From NCBI GenBank assembly GCA_963837465.1, contig CAWINB010000001.1, forward strand, positions 139,915-203,914: a stretch of 64,000 bases of DNA, written 5' to 3'. Shown here in pieces: positions 38,380-48,472 of the stretch (the first letter of the stretch is position 1; each line of letters opens with the position of its first letter). The translations under genes and the position numbers were made by a program. Below the pieces are notes generated by a model that saw only the letters and a program-made list of their open reading frames with translations, searched no databases and was not told the DNA's origin. The stretch is from Candidatus Doudnabacteria bacterium (lineage in GTDB: Bacteria; Patescibacteriota; Doudnabacteria; UBA920).

Positions 38380-39069
38380 TTGAACATGAATACATTACCA
38401 ACAATGCACACTGGCGGAGTAGAATTTTTTAGGTTTGCCGACCTGCAGTCGCTAGACGAGGCCAGGTATTTTGAATGCATGGATTCGCTAAGGCCGCTTT
38501 TTGAAAATCCTGATTTCAAAAATTCAACCCCGGGGTTTTACATAAACTACATTTCCAACCAGCCGGACGACGGCTTAATTTCCTTACGCCTAACTTACTA
38601 CACCATCGACCCTGCCAAAACCCAAGAGAATATAACAAAATTTGTTAGCAATAACAAAAACGGCCTCGCTCTGTTTGACTCCAAATGGACTGGTCGTCCC
38701 GAAGCAAATCAAATTTTGAGCATGCCCGAAAAGGAGGAGATGGATTTTAGAAATTTTTTAAACCGCAATACCCAAATCGCTTTAGAGGTATTAAAAAGTT
38801 TTGGGGTAAAACAATTTCGGGACTTAGTTTTAAACTATCGCCATAGGCAATTACTGCAAGGAGTACCACCCGCGGTCATCTTTAAGCAAGTCTTTGAACA
38901 GCATAGCGGCTATTACAGCCAGCTAAAAAAAGACTTCTTGGCAAGCGAATATTGGACTGGCTTGATCCGACTTTTCCATGGGCAAAATCCAGGGCTACAT
39001 TTTTTGGTAAATATGCTAGCCTTACCTGAAGCCCAATATTATTCAGCTTCTCCCGAAGCCATTTTATAA
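38380..39069 (+). CDS. Hypothetical protein (229 aa)
   Basis: No recognised domain. Confidence 0.4.
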   Translation: MNMNTLPTMHTGGVEFFRFADLQSLDEARYFECMDSLRPLFENPDFKNSTPGFYINYISNQPDDGLISLRLTYYTIDPAKTQENITKFVSNNKNGLALFDSKWTGRPEANQILSMPEKEEMDFRNFLNRNTQIALEVLKSFGVKQFRDLVLNYRHRQLLQGVPPAVIFKQVFEQHSGYYSQLKKDFLASEYWTGLIRLFHGQNPGLHFLVNMLALPEAQYYSASPEAIL

Positions 39070-39073
39070 TTTT

Positions 39074-39556
39074 CTACATCAGCCCTTTATCTCTAAAGCT
39101 GGCATAAAATTCAGCTGTTACAATCACGTGATCTAAAACTTCTATGCCAAGAAGTTTTCCGGCATCTTTCAGACGCTTGGTAACTGCGAGGTCTTCGTCA
39201 GATGGCTCCAGACTGCCGCTGGGATGGTTGTGAGCAACAATCACTGAGCAGCAGTTTTTTAATATAGCTGTCCTGAATGTTTCCCTTGGATGAATTAAGC
39301 TGGCGTTTAATGTGCCAATGCTTATTACTTCCTTACCTGTTATTTTGTTTTGAGTGTCAAGAAAAAAGACGCAAAAGTATTCTTTTTTAGCTTTTCTGAA
39401 ACTCTTGCATTTTTCAGCCACTTGAGCTGGGCTGTAAACACCTTCTGGCATAGGCTTAATTTGCAAGTTTTCGTTAACATAATTTTTGGCTTTTTCGTTA
39501 GCCTCGGATTCGTTCTCCGCGGTAAACTGATAATTGATGTTAATTTGGTATTCCAT
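39074..39556 (-). CDS. RadC-like JAB/MPN-domain protein
   Basis: JAMM motif HNHPSGSLEPSDED, conserved Ser and Asp; 160 aa. Confidence 0.85.
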   Translation of the reverse strand: MEYQININYQFTAENESEANEKAKNYVNENLQIKPMPEGVYSPAQVAEKCKSFRKAKKEYFCVFFLDTQNKITGKEVISIGTLNASLIHPRETFRTAILKNCCSVIVAHNHPSGSLEPSDEDLAVTKRLKDAGKLLGIEVLDHVIVTAEFYASFRDKGLM

Positions 39557-39602
39557 AAAACTCCTTTTTGTTTACTTGTTATGGAGCAAGCAAACCGACC
39601 GC

Positions 39603-39698
39603 AGGTTTTTGGTGTCAACGGGACTAAAACCGATTTTATGGCTTACGGCAGATAAAGAGGTTTTACCCTTGCACACCCAAAAAACGGCCGGTATAATC
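39603..39698. repeat. Promoter-bearing ~96 bp repeat, copy 2 (TTGCAC-17-TATAAT), followed ~70 nt later by a terminator
   Basis: As copy 1; near-consensus sigma70 spacing. Confidence 0.5.
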
Positions 39699-39767
39699 TA
39701 AAACCCACAAGGAAACAAAAAGTTTTTGGTTTAAATTGGCGCGCCTAATGCTTTATCATTGAAATAG

Positions 39768-39799
39768 AAAAAACCATCCAGCAAATTGGATGGTTTTTT
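39768..39799. terminator. Bidirectional rho-independent terminator (aaaaaaccatccagcaaattggatggtttttt)
   Basis: Perfect 8 bp stem with A- and T-tracts on both sides; lies 3' of the giant minus-strand gene. Confidence 0.7.
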
Positions 39800-39835
39800 C
39801 TTACGCGCTCGAGCGAGGACGTTTTTGTAGTTCTT

Positions 39836-42800
39836 TTACTTTAGGCTGTTAATAAAGTTCCGGGTTAAGGTATCTAGCGCGCCAGTAGCGGCACTAATAC
39901 CGATTTGAGTTTTGTATTGGCTCTGAAATTTCTTTAAAGCGGCTTTGGTTGCAAGACCAAACAAAGTGGTTTCGTGGCCTGGGGAGCCAATTACTCCATT
40001 TGGCGCGACTGGGAAATTATTTTGGTTTAAAAATTGCTGCAAGGCAGTGACGTCTGCGCCTTTGCTTAAGTAACCAAGATTTCTGGCAAAGGTCATGGAC
40101 GGAGGAACGAGGCCGGTTGCCTGATTGGTTGCAGAAGTAGCAGAACTGGAAGTTTGACCCAGTATTTGGCCAGCAATTTGAGATTGTATTGTGTAAGGGG
40201 CTTTAGTGCCTTTTAGTACGGTTAACTTCTCCCCACTCTGGCCTTGGTAGGTTTGGAAGCTTGAAAAAGTATCAAAAGGATACAAACCACTTGGCTTAAC
40301 CAGGTAAATGGTAGGATTTCCTTTAAACTGCAATAACTGCCCATCGTGAACATTATAGGGCAGAACTATGGTAACAGTACTTGGGTTATTGGTAGTTGGT
40401 AGGGTAATCCCTATGGGTGGAAATGGTAATGTCTGTGGTGGGGTTGATGTAGGGGTGGAAGTTGAAGCAGGTGGCAAGGTTACCACAGTTCCTGCCGCGG
40501 CTAGAGTGGTAAATATGTAATCCCCTGAGGCATTAAACTGTAAGTTAGGGTCTTTAACCCTAAAATGGTAAGTGGTGGCAGGGTTTAGGCTGGTTAGGGC
40601 AAGACTGTGGTTTGTTACAGATGTAGAACTGGAAACTATGGAGCCGTAACTATTAGTTAAACCATAGTCTATGGCAGAGCCAATTTGGTAATTAGTCTGC
40701 CAAGTAACAATGGTTGATGTTGCCGTTGTGGAAGCAACCGTAACATTACTAAAGCTGGCATAGGTCGCTCCGCCTCCGCCTCCTGAGCTGACAACATTGG
40801 TAGTGCAGGAAACGGATACATTGGTAATGTTAGATGAGGCTACTGTACCGGTGCCGTTAGTGATATTGCAAGTCTGGCCGGACGGCTGAGTTAAAACCGT
40901 GACGCTATATGTACCGCCGGTGCTAGTGGCCGTGGCGAAAATAAAGCTAGTATTAGTTGTGGTGCTTATATTATCCCCGCCATTGTTTTGCAAAACCACG
41001 GTGCCGGTTAAGCCAGAAATACTGCCGCCAATTGTGTAAGTTGGATTATTGGAACACGAAACTGAAACATTGCTAACATTTGCCGAAGACACTGTACCGC
41101 TGCCGTTAGTTACATTACAGGTCTGTCCAGAAGGCTGCGTTAAAACCGTAACGGAGTAACTGGCACTATTATTTAAAGCTGTAGCAAAAGTAAAAGTACC
41201 ATTAGTCGAAGTGCTATAGTTATCGCCACCGTTATCTTGCAACACCACTGTACCCGAGAGACCCGATATGGTGCCGCCGATAGTGTAAGTTGTTAGCGCT
41301 ACATATTGATACGCGCCCATGTCCCAAGGTCCTGTTGTTGGTCGACTATTGCCAGCCGCATCGGTTGTGGGCAGCCCTGCTGATGTTAATACACTAGTAA
41401 GATTTGTTCCTGTTTGGTAGGCTGGCGAAGCAGAGGAAGATAATTGTAAATTGGTAGAACTAATAAATTTTGGATCCGCGTTAGCCCCGTGTGACTCTTG
41501 ACTATTACAGGTCGCAGATAAATATAAGGGCCAATTTCCCCAGCAACCAGTCAACCCGGTCAAACGAACTGGATTACTTATATTTGTCCATCCATAAAAA
41601 TCATCATAATCAGATGACCAACCTGCGGTGGTGGTTGCGTCTTCAGAATATATAGCAGCTTGAGAGCCAGCGAAAATGTTATTCCTAACAGTGAGACTGG
41701 GAACAGGCCCGCCTGCAAGGCCAGCTGTTATAAGTCCTTGCCAAGCAGCCTGGGGGCTACTGGTGTCCATGTTGAAAGAATTATTATAAATATAGGCTTG
41801 TCCACCAGGAACAGTATAAATATTCATATAATTCATCTCAATCACAGTTCCTCCATTTGAAGCGGAATCCCATCCATGATTATTATAAATGTAGACCGGT
41901 CCTGCCGTACCAGAAAAATACATAAAAGCAGTCACGCCAGTTTCCGCAGGAGGATTGGCTCCAGAGGTGGAAATACTAGAAGATTGTGTCCAGCTTGTAC
42001 CCGTTGTTATTGGCGTGGAATTTTGTTTATAAAGCGTACTGCTCTCCCCCGCGGTACTAAAATACACATTCCATCCTGAAACTGGTGAACATTCCGGAGG
42101 AGAAGAAACTTGGATGGCCTGATTCGGAGCGGATGTGGTAATTGAAGCCTCGGGAGAAAAATTACTTTCACTTACGCCTACGCAGGTCGTCTCAACATAA
42201 TAAGTTCCAGCAACAGGAGCTGCTCCGGAAACACTAATAAGCGCTGGCGTAGTTGTTGGGAACTGTACATAGTTGCTCCAGTTCCCATAAAAATAATTAT
42301 TATAAATAAACTCATTTGTAGTGTAAGACGATGGGTCGTTTGACACAGAAGAGAAAGTAAAAATACCGTCAGTATGATATCCCGCGCTGGCCATCTGATT
42401 GTGAAAATCGTGAATTAAGTTATCATGAATAGATACCCCATTTATTACGGTATTGGCATAAGGAGTTGAGATTGCGATACCCCACGTACAGTTTGAAATA
42501 TCGTTGCCACTAAATGTGATGTTTTGTAACGTTTTTGAAGTACCGTCACCGGGTCGGTAATAAATAGCAATCCTTGCGTATACTGACAAAACCATATTCT
42601 TCACTGTTATATTTGAGCTGGAGCCTTGAATTACGACAGCTTCATTGCCTTGGTTTATTCCTACCACTCCGATATTTTGCAGTTGTAGATTGTCCATTGT
42701 AATATATGAGCCCGTGATCAAAAAGTACCCGTTCATTTGCGAAGGAGATACGGTATTTTGGCTTCCTCCATCAAAAATAGGCCGTGTCCAAGAACCTCCT

Positions 42801-45229
42801 GAATACCAGCTTTTGTTTATACCATAATAATCCGGCGTCCCGGATGCTCCAGAATTAGTTATATTCCACGGTGCAATAGTGTTATCCCAAGTTATTCCAC
42901 CCCTGAATATAAATTGGTCGCCAGGATTATGTGTGTAGGTTCCGGAAAATCCCTGCATACCAGGCGCGCGCTGCCAGGGCGTGGAGGTAGAAGTCCCATT
43001 ATTTGAGTCACTTCCGTTTTGAAAATCAATATAATAAATTCTTGCCTGTGTTGTTGCAGTTGCTGTAGTGCTGCTCGCAGATGTATTTCCAATTGCATCA
43101 AAAGCATCCACATAATAACTATAAGTGGTGCTGGCATTAAGTCCGGTGTCAGAATAAGAGGTTAGCGAGGTAGTGGCTATGTGTAAATTGTTTCGGTAGA
43201 TATCATAACCGGTCACGCCAACATTATCCGTAGAGGCGTTCCAAGTAATATTAATTTGGCTGGCGGATGTTGTTGAAGCGGTAAGGCTAGCGGGAACGGA
43301 TGGAGGCTGAGTATCTATATAAAATGTGCCATCAGTCGTGGTGGCAACATTACTTTGGGCATCAGTTGAGGAAATTTGGTAATGATAGGTGGTATTATTA
43401 GTAAGACCGGTTAAGGTAATGGAATGGCTAGTCACCAGAGCCGGAGTGGACGAAGACGAACCATAACCTGAACTAGTACCATAATTTATTAGCGAGTTAG
43501 CGGAATGATTTGTGGTCCAGCTAAAAGTGGCCGTGGATGATGCGGTGGTAGTGGAAACACCTGAAATTATAATCGGATTTTCAATATTGACCGTCGTTGA
43601 GGCGGTGGAAGTATTGCTTGAGGTATCGGTAGATAAAGCCCAGAGAGTGGTTGAGCCATTGGCAACAGCAGTTGTGTTCCAAAGTATGGAATAAAGATTA
43701 CCACTTGGGGTAGTAGTTGAATTTATTAGAGTACTGGAGGCAAATGTGCCGCCATAACTCCCGTAGTAGAAAGCCACGCTCCCTACCGCTACGTTATCTG
43801 TAGAAGAAGCGGTTAAGGTAGTCGAACCTGAAATAAGGGCGTTATTGGCAGGAGAAGTCCAGGCAACATTAGGAGCCGTAAGGTCTGGCACAAAATATTG
43901 GTCAGCGCCAATGTCCCATGTACTGCCGCGGCTTTGACCGTCTATGTCTGTGGTAAAATTTAATGGAGATGAATCACCAGAAGTATTAGTACCCACACCT
44001 TTTAGAGCCGAACCAGATGTTATGTGATAATCTTCACTCCCAGGAGTAACATTTATAAATGTGGCAGTGCTGGTAGCAATTCCGGTTAAGCCTGCTGTTC
44101 CACTAGCATCTCGACTTGCACAGGTGGTTTTTGTAATCGTCCCAAAATAATCACTAAGCGCCCCTCCGCCAGCATAAGTGTTTTTGCATACTACTGTTCC
44201 GCCCGTTTGCCTTATGCCAACACGGGCATTAATCACAGTTGAGCTATAAATGTTAACGGAATTTGAACTGCTTGTAAGAATCCCAGTCTCGTTAGATAAA
44301 TTTGGTACAAAGTTGAATAGGATTGTATTCCAAATATTTACTTTAGCATTTGCAGCACTAATATTTATACCGTTTTGATTATAGGTTGGGTCACCGCTTG
44401 CTTTAATAATAGAATTTGATAAATCGGCTTCGTTAAATGCGCCATTATCCAAAAAATTTAAAATATTGCGGTTTACGACTGTAGGACTTACATTTGTTAA
44501 TTGTAATCCATCTAGTTTTATAAAGTCTATGCTTCCAACGTTGATAGCATAATTATCCGTCGGTGACAAATACCATTTAGTTGTATCCCATTTTCCGGCG
44601 GCTCGCTGGCTTTGATTGACTTCAGCCGTAGTGCTTGTTGGTGTATAAATTCGAATGTAATGGGTAGCATCGGTGGTTAAACTTTGAGCATTCACTCCTG
44701 TTGTGTCCGGTCCGGTATCATAATAAACAGGAACATTCAAAACCACATCAGCGGAAACAAGGCTTGTGGTCGCTATATGATTAGTATCAGAAGCCTTAGG
44801 CGTTCCATTGAATACATTGTTCAAACTAGAAAATGCGTGGGCAATAGAATTTACAGTGGCGTTACTTACATTACTGCAAGGAGCGCCCAGGGCTGTAACT
44901 AAATTCCAGACAGAAGTGGATGTTTTAGAAGCTATGTAACAGATGGAAGAAGTGTTAAAGGTGACCTGATCTCCTACACCGAGGTTGGTGGCAGTCTGAG
45001 CATAGTTGAAAGTAGCTTGCCCCGCTCCTCCGGCAATAGTCATGGTGCAGGCACCCGTGGTTGAACAAGTGGCTCCTCCAGCTCCAATACTATGGTCGCT
45101 GGTATTTTGCCCGACAGAATAATATACATTGGCCGTGGCAGAGGCTTTCCCAGCCAGAGAAAAACCACACCCTATAAACACCACAAAAAATGCCAGTAAG
45201 GTTAATTTGTTTTTTAAAAATTTAGTCAT
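39836..45229 (-). CDS. Giant secreted surface protein (1797 aa): signal peptide, parallel beta-helix (pectate-lyase-like) region, Ig/FN3-like repeats, C-terminal peptidoglycan-binding domain
   Basis: N-terminal signal/TM (LLAFFVVFIGCGFSLAG); repeated TYTIGG(T/S)ISGL(S/T)GTVVLQ(D/N)NGGDN modules; beta-helix style N..I..N repeats; C-terminal GADVTALQQFL...PNGVIG...T..A..KFQ (PG_binding_1-like). Confidence 0.8.
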   Translation of the reverse strand: MTKFLKNKLTLLAFFVVFIGCGFSLAGKASATANVYYSVGQNTSDHSIGAGGATCSTTGACTMTIAGGAGQATFNYAQTATNLGVGDQVTFNTSSICYIASKTSTSVWNLVTALGAPCSNVSNATVNSIAHAFSSLNNVFNGTPKASDTNHIATTSLVSADVVLNVPVYYDTGPDTTGVNAQSLTTDATHYIRIYTPTSTTAEVNQSQRAAGKWDTTKWYLSPTDNYAINVGSIDFIKLDGLQLTNVSPTVVNRNILNFLDNGAFNEADLSNSIIKASGDPTYNQNGINISAANAKVNIWNTILFNFVPNLSNETGILTSSSNSVNIYSSTVINARVGIRQTGGTVVCKNTYAGGGALSDYFGTITKTTCASRDASGTAGLTGIATSTATFINVTPGSEDYHITSGSALKGVGTNTSGDSSPLNFTTDIDGQSRGSTWDIGADQYFVPDLTAPNVAWTSPANNALISGSTTLTASSTDNVAVGSVAFYYGSYGGTFASSTLINSTTTPSGNLYSILWNTTAVANGSTTLWALSTDTSSNTSTASTTVNIENPIIISGVSTTTASSTATFSWTTNHSANSLINYGTSSGYGSSSSTPALVTSHSITLTGLTNNTTYHYQISSTDAQSNVATTTDGTFYIDTQPPSVPASLTASTTSASQINITWNASTDNVGVTGYDIYRNNLHIATTSLTSYSDTGLNASTTYSYYVDAFDAIGNTSASSTTATATTQARIYYIDFQNGSDSNNGTSTSTPWQRAPGMQGFSGTYTHNPGDQFIFRGGITWDNTIAPWNITNSGASGTPDYYGINKSWYSGGSWTRPIFDGGSQNTVSPSQMNGYFLITGSYITMDNLQLQNIGVVGINQGNEAVVIQGSSSNITVKNMVLSVYARIAIYYRPGDGTSKTLQNITFSGNDISNCTWGIAISTPYANTVINGVSIHDNLIHDFHNQMASAGYHTDGIFTFSSVSNDPSSYTTNEFIYNNYFYGNWSNYVQFPTTTPALISVSGAAPVAGTYYVETTCVGVSESNFSPEASITTSAPNQAIQVSSPPECSPVSGWNVYFSTAGESSTLYKQNSTPITTGTSWTQSSSISTSGANPPAETGVTAFMYFSGTAGPVYIYNNHGWDSASNGGTVIEMNYMNIYTVPGGQAYIYNNSFNMDTSSPQAAWQGLITAGLAGGPVPSLTVRNNIFAGSQAAIYSEDATTTAGWSSDYDDFYGWTNISNPVRLTGLTGCWGNWPLYLSATCNSQESHGANADPKFISSTNLQLSSSASPAYQTGTNLTSVLTSAGLPTTDAAGNSRPTTGPWDMGAYQYVALTTYTIGGTISGLSGTVVLQDNGGDNYSTSTNGTFTFATALNNSASYSVTVLTQPSGQTCNVTNGSGTVSSANVSNVSVSCSNNPTYTIGGSISGLTGTVVLQNNGGDNISTTTNTSFIFATATSTGGTYSVTVLTQPSGQTCNITNGTGTVASSNITNVSVSCTTNVVSSGGGGGATYASFSNVTVASTTATSTIVTWQTNYQIGSAIDYGLTNSYGSIVSSSTSVTNHSLALTSLNPATTYHFRVKDPNLQFNASGDYIFTTLAAAGTVVTLPPASTSTPTSTPPQTLPFPPIGITLPTTNNPSTVTIVLPYNVHDGQLLQFKGNPTIYLVKPSGLYPFDTFSSFQTYQGQSGEKLTVLKGTKAPYTIQSQIAGQILGQTSSSATSATNQATGLVPPSMTFARNLGYLSKGADVTALQQFLNQNNFPVAPNGVIGSPGHETTLFGLATKAALKKFQSQYKTQIGISAATGALDTLTRNFINSLK

Positions 45230-45315
45230 CGTAAAAAAATAAAAAGCCCGTCAAAAACGGAGCTTAATTAGAAATATTAAGTTTGTATAATCGCAAAACT
45301 GGCGAGCGTGTTTTA

Positions 45316-45337
45316 CTCTCTCTCTCTCTCTCTCTCT
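45316..45337. repeat. (CT)11 dinucleotide microsatellite in the 5' region of the giant surface-protein gene
   Basis: ctctctctctctctctctctct read directly, ~90 nt upstream of the start at 45229 (minus strand). Confidence 0.9.
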
Positions 45338-45364
45338 GCTAGCGCGTTTAAGATTTTGGACATT

Positions 45365-45667
45365 TTAGTTTTTTTCTGGTAATTTTTGTAAGGCTCGGGC
45401 TTTAATCTCTTCTAGGGTGTCGGCCGGTACTGACTTGCCGAGAATCCTTTCAGCCAGTTCCAGCATTTTATTTAAGCTTGGTTGACTTTTAAATTTATCC
45501 GCTATGATTTCCTGAGCACCTTCTTGGGCAGGAGTTTTATCCTCAACAGTTATCCCGGATAAGTGAAGCATTGAGACATAGGCGGATAAAAGTCTGGCAC
45601 ATTCTTCCAGATAAGCCGGGCTGTCTTCGGGCTTAGGGACCAATTCTAGTCTATTAGGATAATCCAT
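45365..45667 (-). CDS. Hypothetical protein (100 aa)
   Basis: No recognised domain. Confidence 0.4.
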   Translation of the reverse strand: MDYPNRLELVPKPEDSPAYLEECARLLSAYVSMLHLSGITVEDKTPAQEGAQEIIADKFKSQPSLNKMLELAERILGKSVPADTLEEIKARALQKLPEKN

Positions 45668-45831
45668 AATTACTACAGCTCTTTATACAAATATTATAGT
45701 ATATTTTACGATTTAAAGCCAGGATTGACTAAGTATTAGATTTGCTAGACATTTTGGGCCTTGTTTATTGGTCAGTTTTCCCGTATTTTTCTATGTTTTT
45801 TGCTTTTCTCCACCACCCCCACCCCCCCTGT

Positions 45832-46189
45832 TTTTGCACCCTGTTTTGTTTCTGTTTTTGGTTAGTTTTTAGTTTGGTATTTTAGTATATTTTTAGAGTA
45901 TATAGATAGTAGTATTTTAAGTATTTTAGTAGTTAGTATTTCTTTCCATTATTTTTCTTTGTCTGCCAGTGGAAATCGTGGTGATAGTCAAGGTTTGTGG
46001 TTTAAGAAAAGGTAATGGAATTAGGGTGTTTAGGAACTTTACTAGTTGAACCCGGATTCAACTAGCTGTTCAACTAGTTTGTACCCCCATTTTAAATCAA
46101 AAAACAGCCCTAAGCAAGAGCTGTTTTAGGGTAGCCAAGGTCAGCTGTTTTGGGTATAATAGGTTTGTAAAATATCGAATAAGGGTACC
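45832..46189. repeat. IR-b, copy B (inverted); overlaps the last 30 codons of the second recombinase
   Basis: Reverse complement of 33706–34061. Confidence 0.85.
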
Positions 46190-47703
46190 ATCGGCGATTT
46201 TAGAGCGGGTTGCAATCAGATCGAAGGGAGAACTCGGCGTGATCTCCAGGAGTTTTCCGTTCAGTACCCGGTTCGAGGTCAGAGAATCTACCATTTCGCG
46301 TTTTTCCGGCATGATGCCGACTTTGTACGCTGAATACGCGGTGTTCGCGCGTTCGAGAATTTCTAGCAGCTCATCGGCGACATTGCGGTTGCCGCTTTCC
46401 CAGCCAGAGAGTGTTTCCGACGTTTCCAGGCGCTCCGTGAGGAGCGCCGTTTTTCGTTGCTCGAACAGATCCTTTTCGACCAGCCGGTCGATGTAGGCAT
46501 CGGTGAGGCGGTTCAGCCGGTCGTCAATCTGGCCGAGCTTCAGCTTGAGGGCGGCGATGGCATCCTCGGTTTGCTTGTGACTGTCAGCTTTCAACCGGCG
46601 GAGTTCCTGCCAGCAGTATTGCTGCTCATCGGGAAGCAGCCGTAGTTGAAGGAGGGTTTCGAGAAATGAATTCTCGGCAACCTCTTCCCGGATCGCTGTT
46701 GTGGGACACTCGCGAGTTTGGCAGCGGTAGTAGACGAACCCCTTGTGAGTTTCGCCGATCAGGGTATGGCCGCAACCTTTGCAACTCAGCCTGCGGCGAA
46801 ACAGAAAATCATGGCGGTTGGTCCGCGTGTTGGTTTTTCCGTGGAGCACATCCTGGACGCGCTGAAAGAGCGCCTTGGAGATTAGAGGCTGGTGAGCTCC
46901 GAGGAAGGACTGACCGGAAACCTTGATGTGGATGAGGCCCATGTAGAAAGTATTGTTCAGCAATTTGGTCAGGCCGTTCATGGTGACCTGCTTGCCACTG
47001 CGCCCGCGCAAGCCGATGCGTTCGGCTTCGTGAAGTAGATCGTGAAAATTGGCCGTGCCGGTGGAATACTTTTCAAACAGATGGCGCACCAGGGGCGCAG
47101 TCTTGGGGTCTGGCTCCTTAGGTTTGCCGCTGCTGATGTTCCGATACCCCAGCGGGGCTGGCATGGGCAATATGCCTTGCTTGAGCCGTCCATAGAATCC
47201 CTTCTTGGTTTCTTCTTTGAGGTTGCGGATGAAATCGGATGCCACAACCGCTTGGATGTCCGCCGAGAGTCGTCCGCCGCGAGAATTGAGGTCCAGACCT
47301 TCGTTGGCGAAGTGGACTTCGACGCCACGGTCGATGATTTCGCCGAGGTCAGCCCAATCCTTGAGGTTGCGGGCGGAGCGGTCGATCTTGTGAATGACCA
47401 CACCGCGAACCGTGCCAGATCTCAGCCGCCTGATCATCTGGGTGAACACCGGGTGTCGGACGGCAAGAGGAAGCCATCACAGTCCCAGCAATCCGGCGTA
47501 GTCGCTCCGGGTGGCAACACGTACGGGGAAGTATCGAAAATAGACCGCTCCCTCTCATGCTTCGGGCCGTAAACGACCAAGTGCTCTGCGGTCTGATTTG
47601 TGCACTGGCCCCAGCCGCGTCCGCGGAGAATACGGAATGGCGGACGAATCAGGTCTCCATAATCCAGATCGAACAACAGCATGTCCTCCGCTCGGCACTT
47701 CAT
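46097..47703 (-). pseudogene. Second large serine recombinase with a disrupted N-terminal catalytic region
   Basis: The 450-aa ORF (46097–47449) starts inside the resolvase domain (GVVIHKIDRSARNL) and keeps the recombinase, zinc-ribbon (C..C...C...C) and coiled-coil parts. The upstream catalytic segment is scattered across three frames (...VRVATRSDYAGLLGL* ; ...DCDGFLLPSDTRCSPR*). Confidence 0.55.
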
Positions 47704-47754
47704 GCTTCGCTCTCAGATCACCGATCATATTGCTACGGACGAGTCGTCGCGTGG

Positions 47755-48471
47755 CTAAGGTTGCCACCGCCAGTTGGACCGGTATACATCAACGACGCCA
47801 AATTCTTTACCTGGGCTCCAACTACGTGACTCCCACATGAGCTGGCGAGCGCTACCGCCAAATTTACTACTGTCCAACATCACGTCGAATACTGCCTTGG
47901 TAATGTATGTAGAGAAGCCGACCTCCCGGATCGCGCTGAGCTTCGCCGCAATGTTCGGGGCTCGGCCTACCCACACCAGATCATTATTATTGCGAATTCC
48001 GCTCCGAACTACCATTATTTTGCTCGTGTCTATGCCAACGGTTTGACTCAATGGCAGGCCAGAGGGAAACGACCCCTTATAGAACGCATTAAATTCCGGG
48101 GTCAAAATTTGATTAAAAAAATAATTGATCTTGAGGCCCGCTTCGACCGCGTTCGTATTTTTCGCGCCCTCGATAAAGACGCCCATAACCCGGTCACCGT
48201 CAAAGCTTCGAATCTCACCCCCCAGCGCACGAATAATTCTCGTAGTGCCCATTAGATACGCCTTGAACACTTCAGCCGCGACCGACTGGTTAGCAATGGC
48301 CAGCCGAGTGGAGTCGTGCAGATCAGCATAAACGAAGGTAGCATCCAGGTTGACGCCCTCGTTGCCAAGGGCGAGGTCTTCGGTCTCAGGAACCACCGTC
48401 CCGTCCCGGCGTGTCCAGGCATCATGGACGACTTTGGCGGTTTCATTCTTAAGATCGTCGAGAAGAGTCAT
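47755..48471 (-). CDS. Class III nucleotidyl cyclase (CHD) domain protein, candidate Pycsar PycC-like cyclase
   Basis: Motifs ATFVYADLHDST and GDRVMGVF typical of the adenylyl/guanylyl cyclase catalytic domain; ~238 aa from the internal Met; one-nucleotide gap to the upstream TM gene. Confidence 0.55.
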   Translation of the reverse strand: MTLLDDLKNETAKVVHDAWTRRDGTVVPETEDLALGNEGVNLDATFVYADLHDSTRLAIANQSVAAEVFKAYLMGTTRIIRALGGEIRSFDGDRVMGVFIEGAKNTNAVEAGLKINYFFNQILTPEFNAFYKGSFPSGLPLSQTVGIDTSKIMVVRSGIRNNNDLVWVGRAPNIAAKLSAIREVGFSTYITKAVFDVMLDSSKFGGSARQLMWESRSWSPGKEFGVVDVYRSNWRWQP

Positions 48472-48472
48472 A

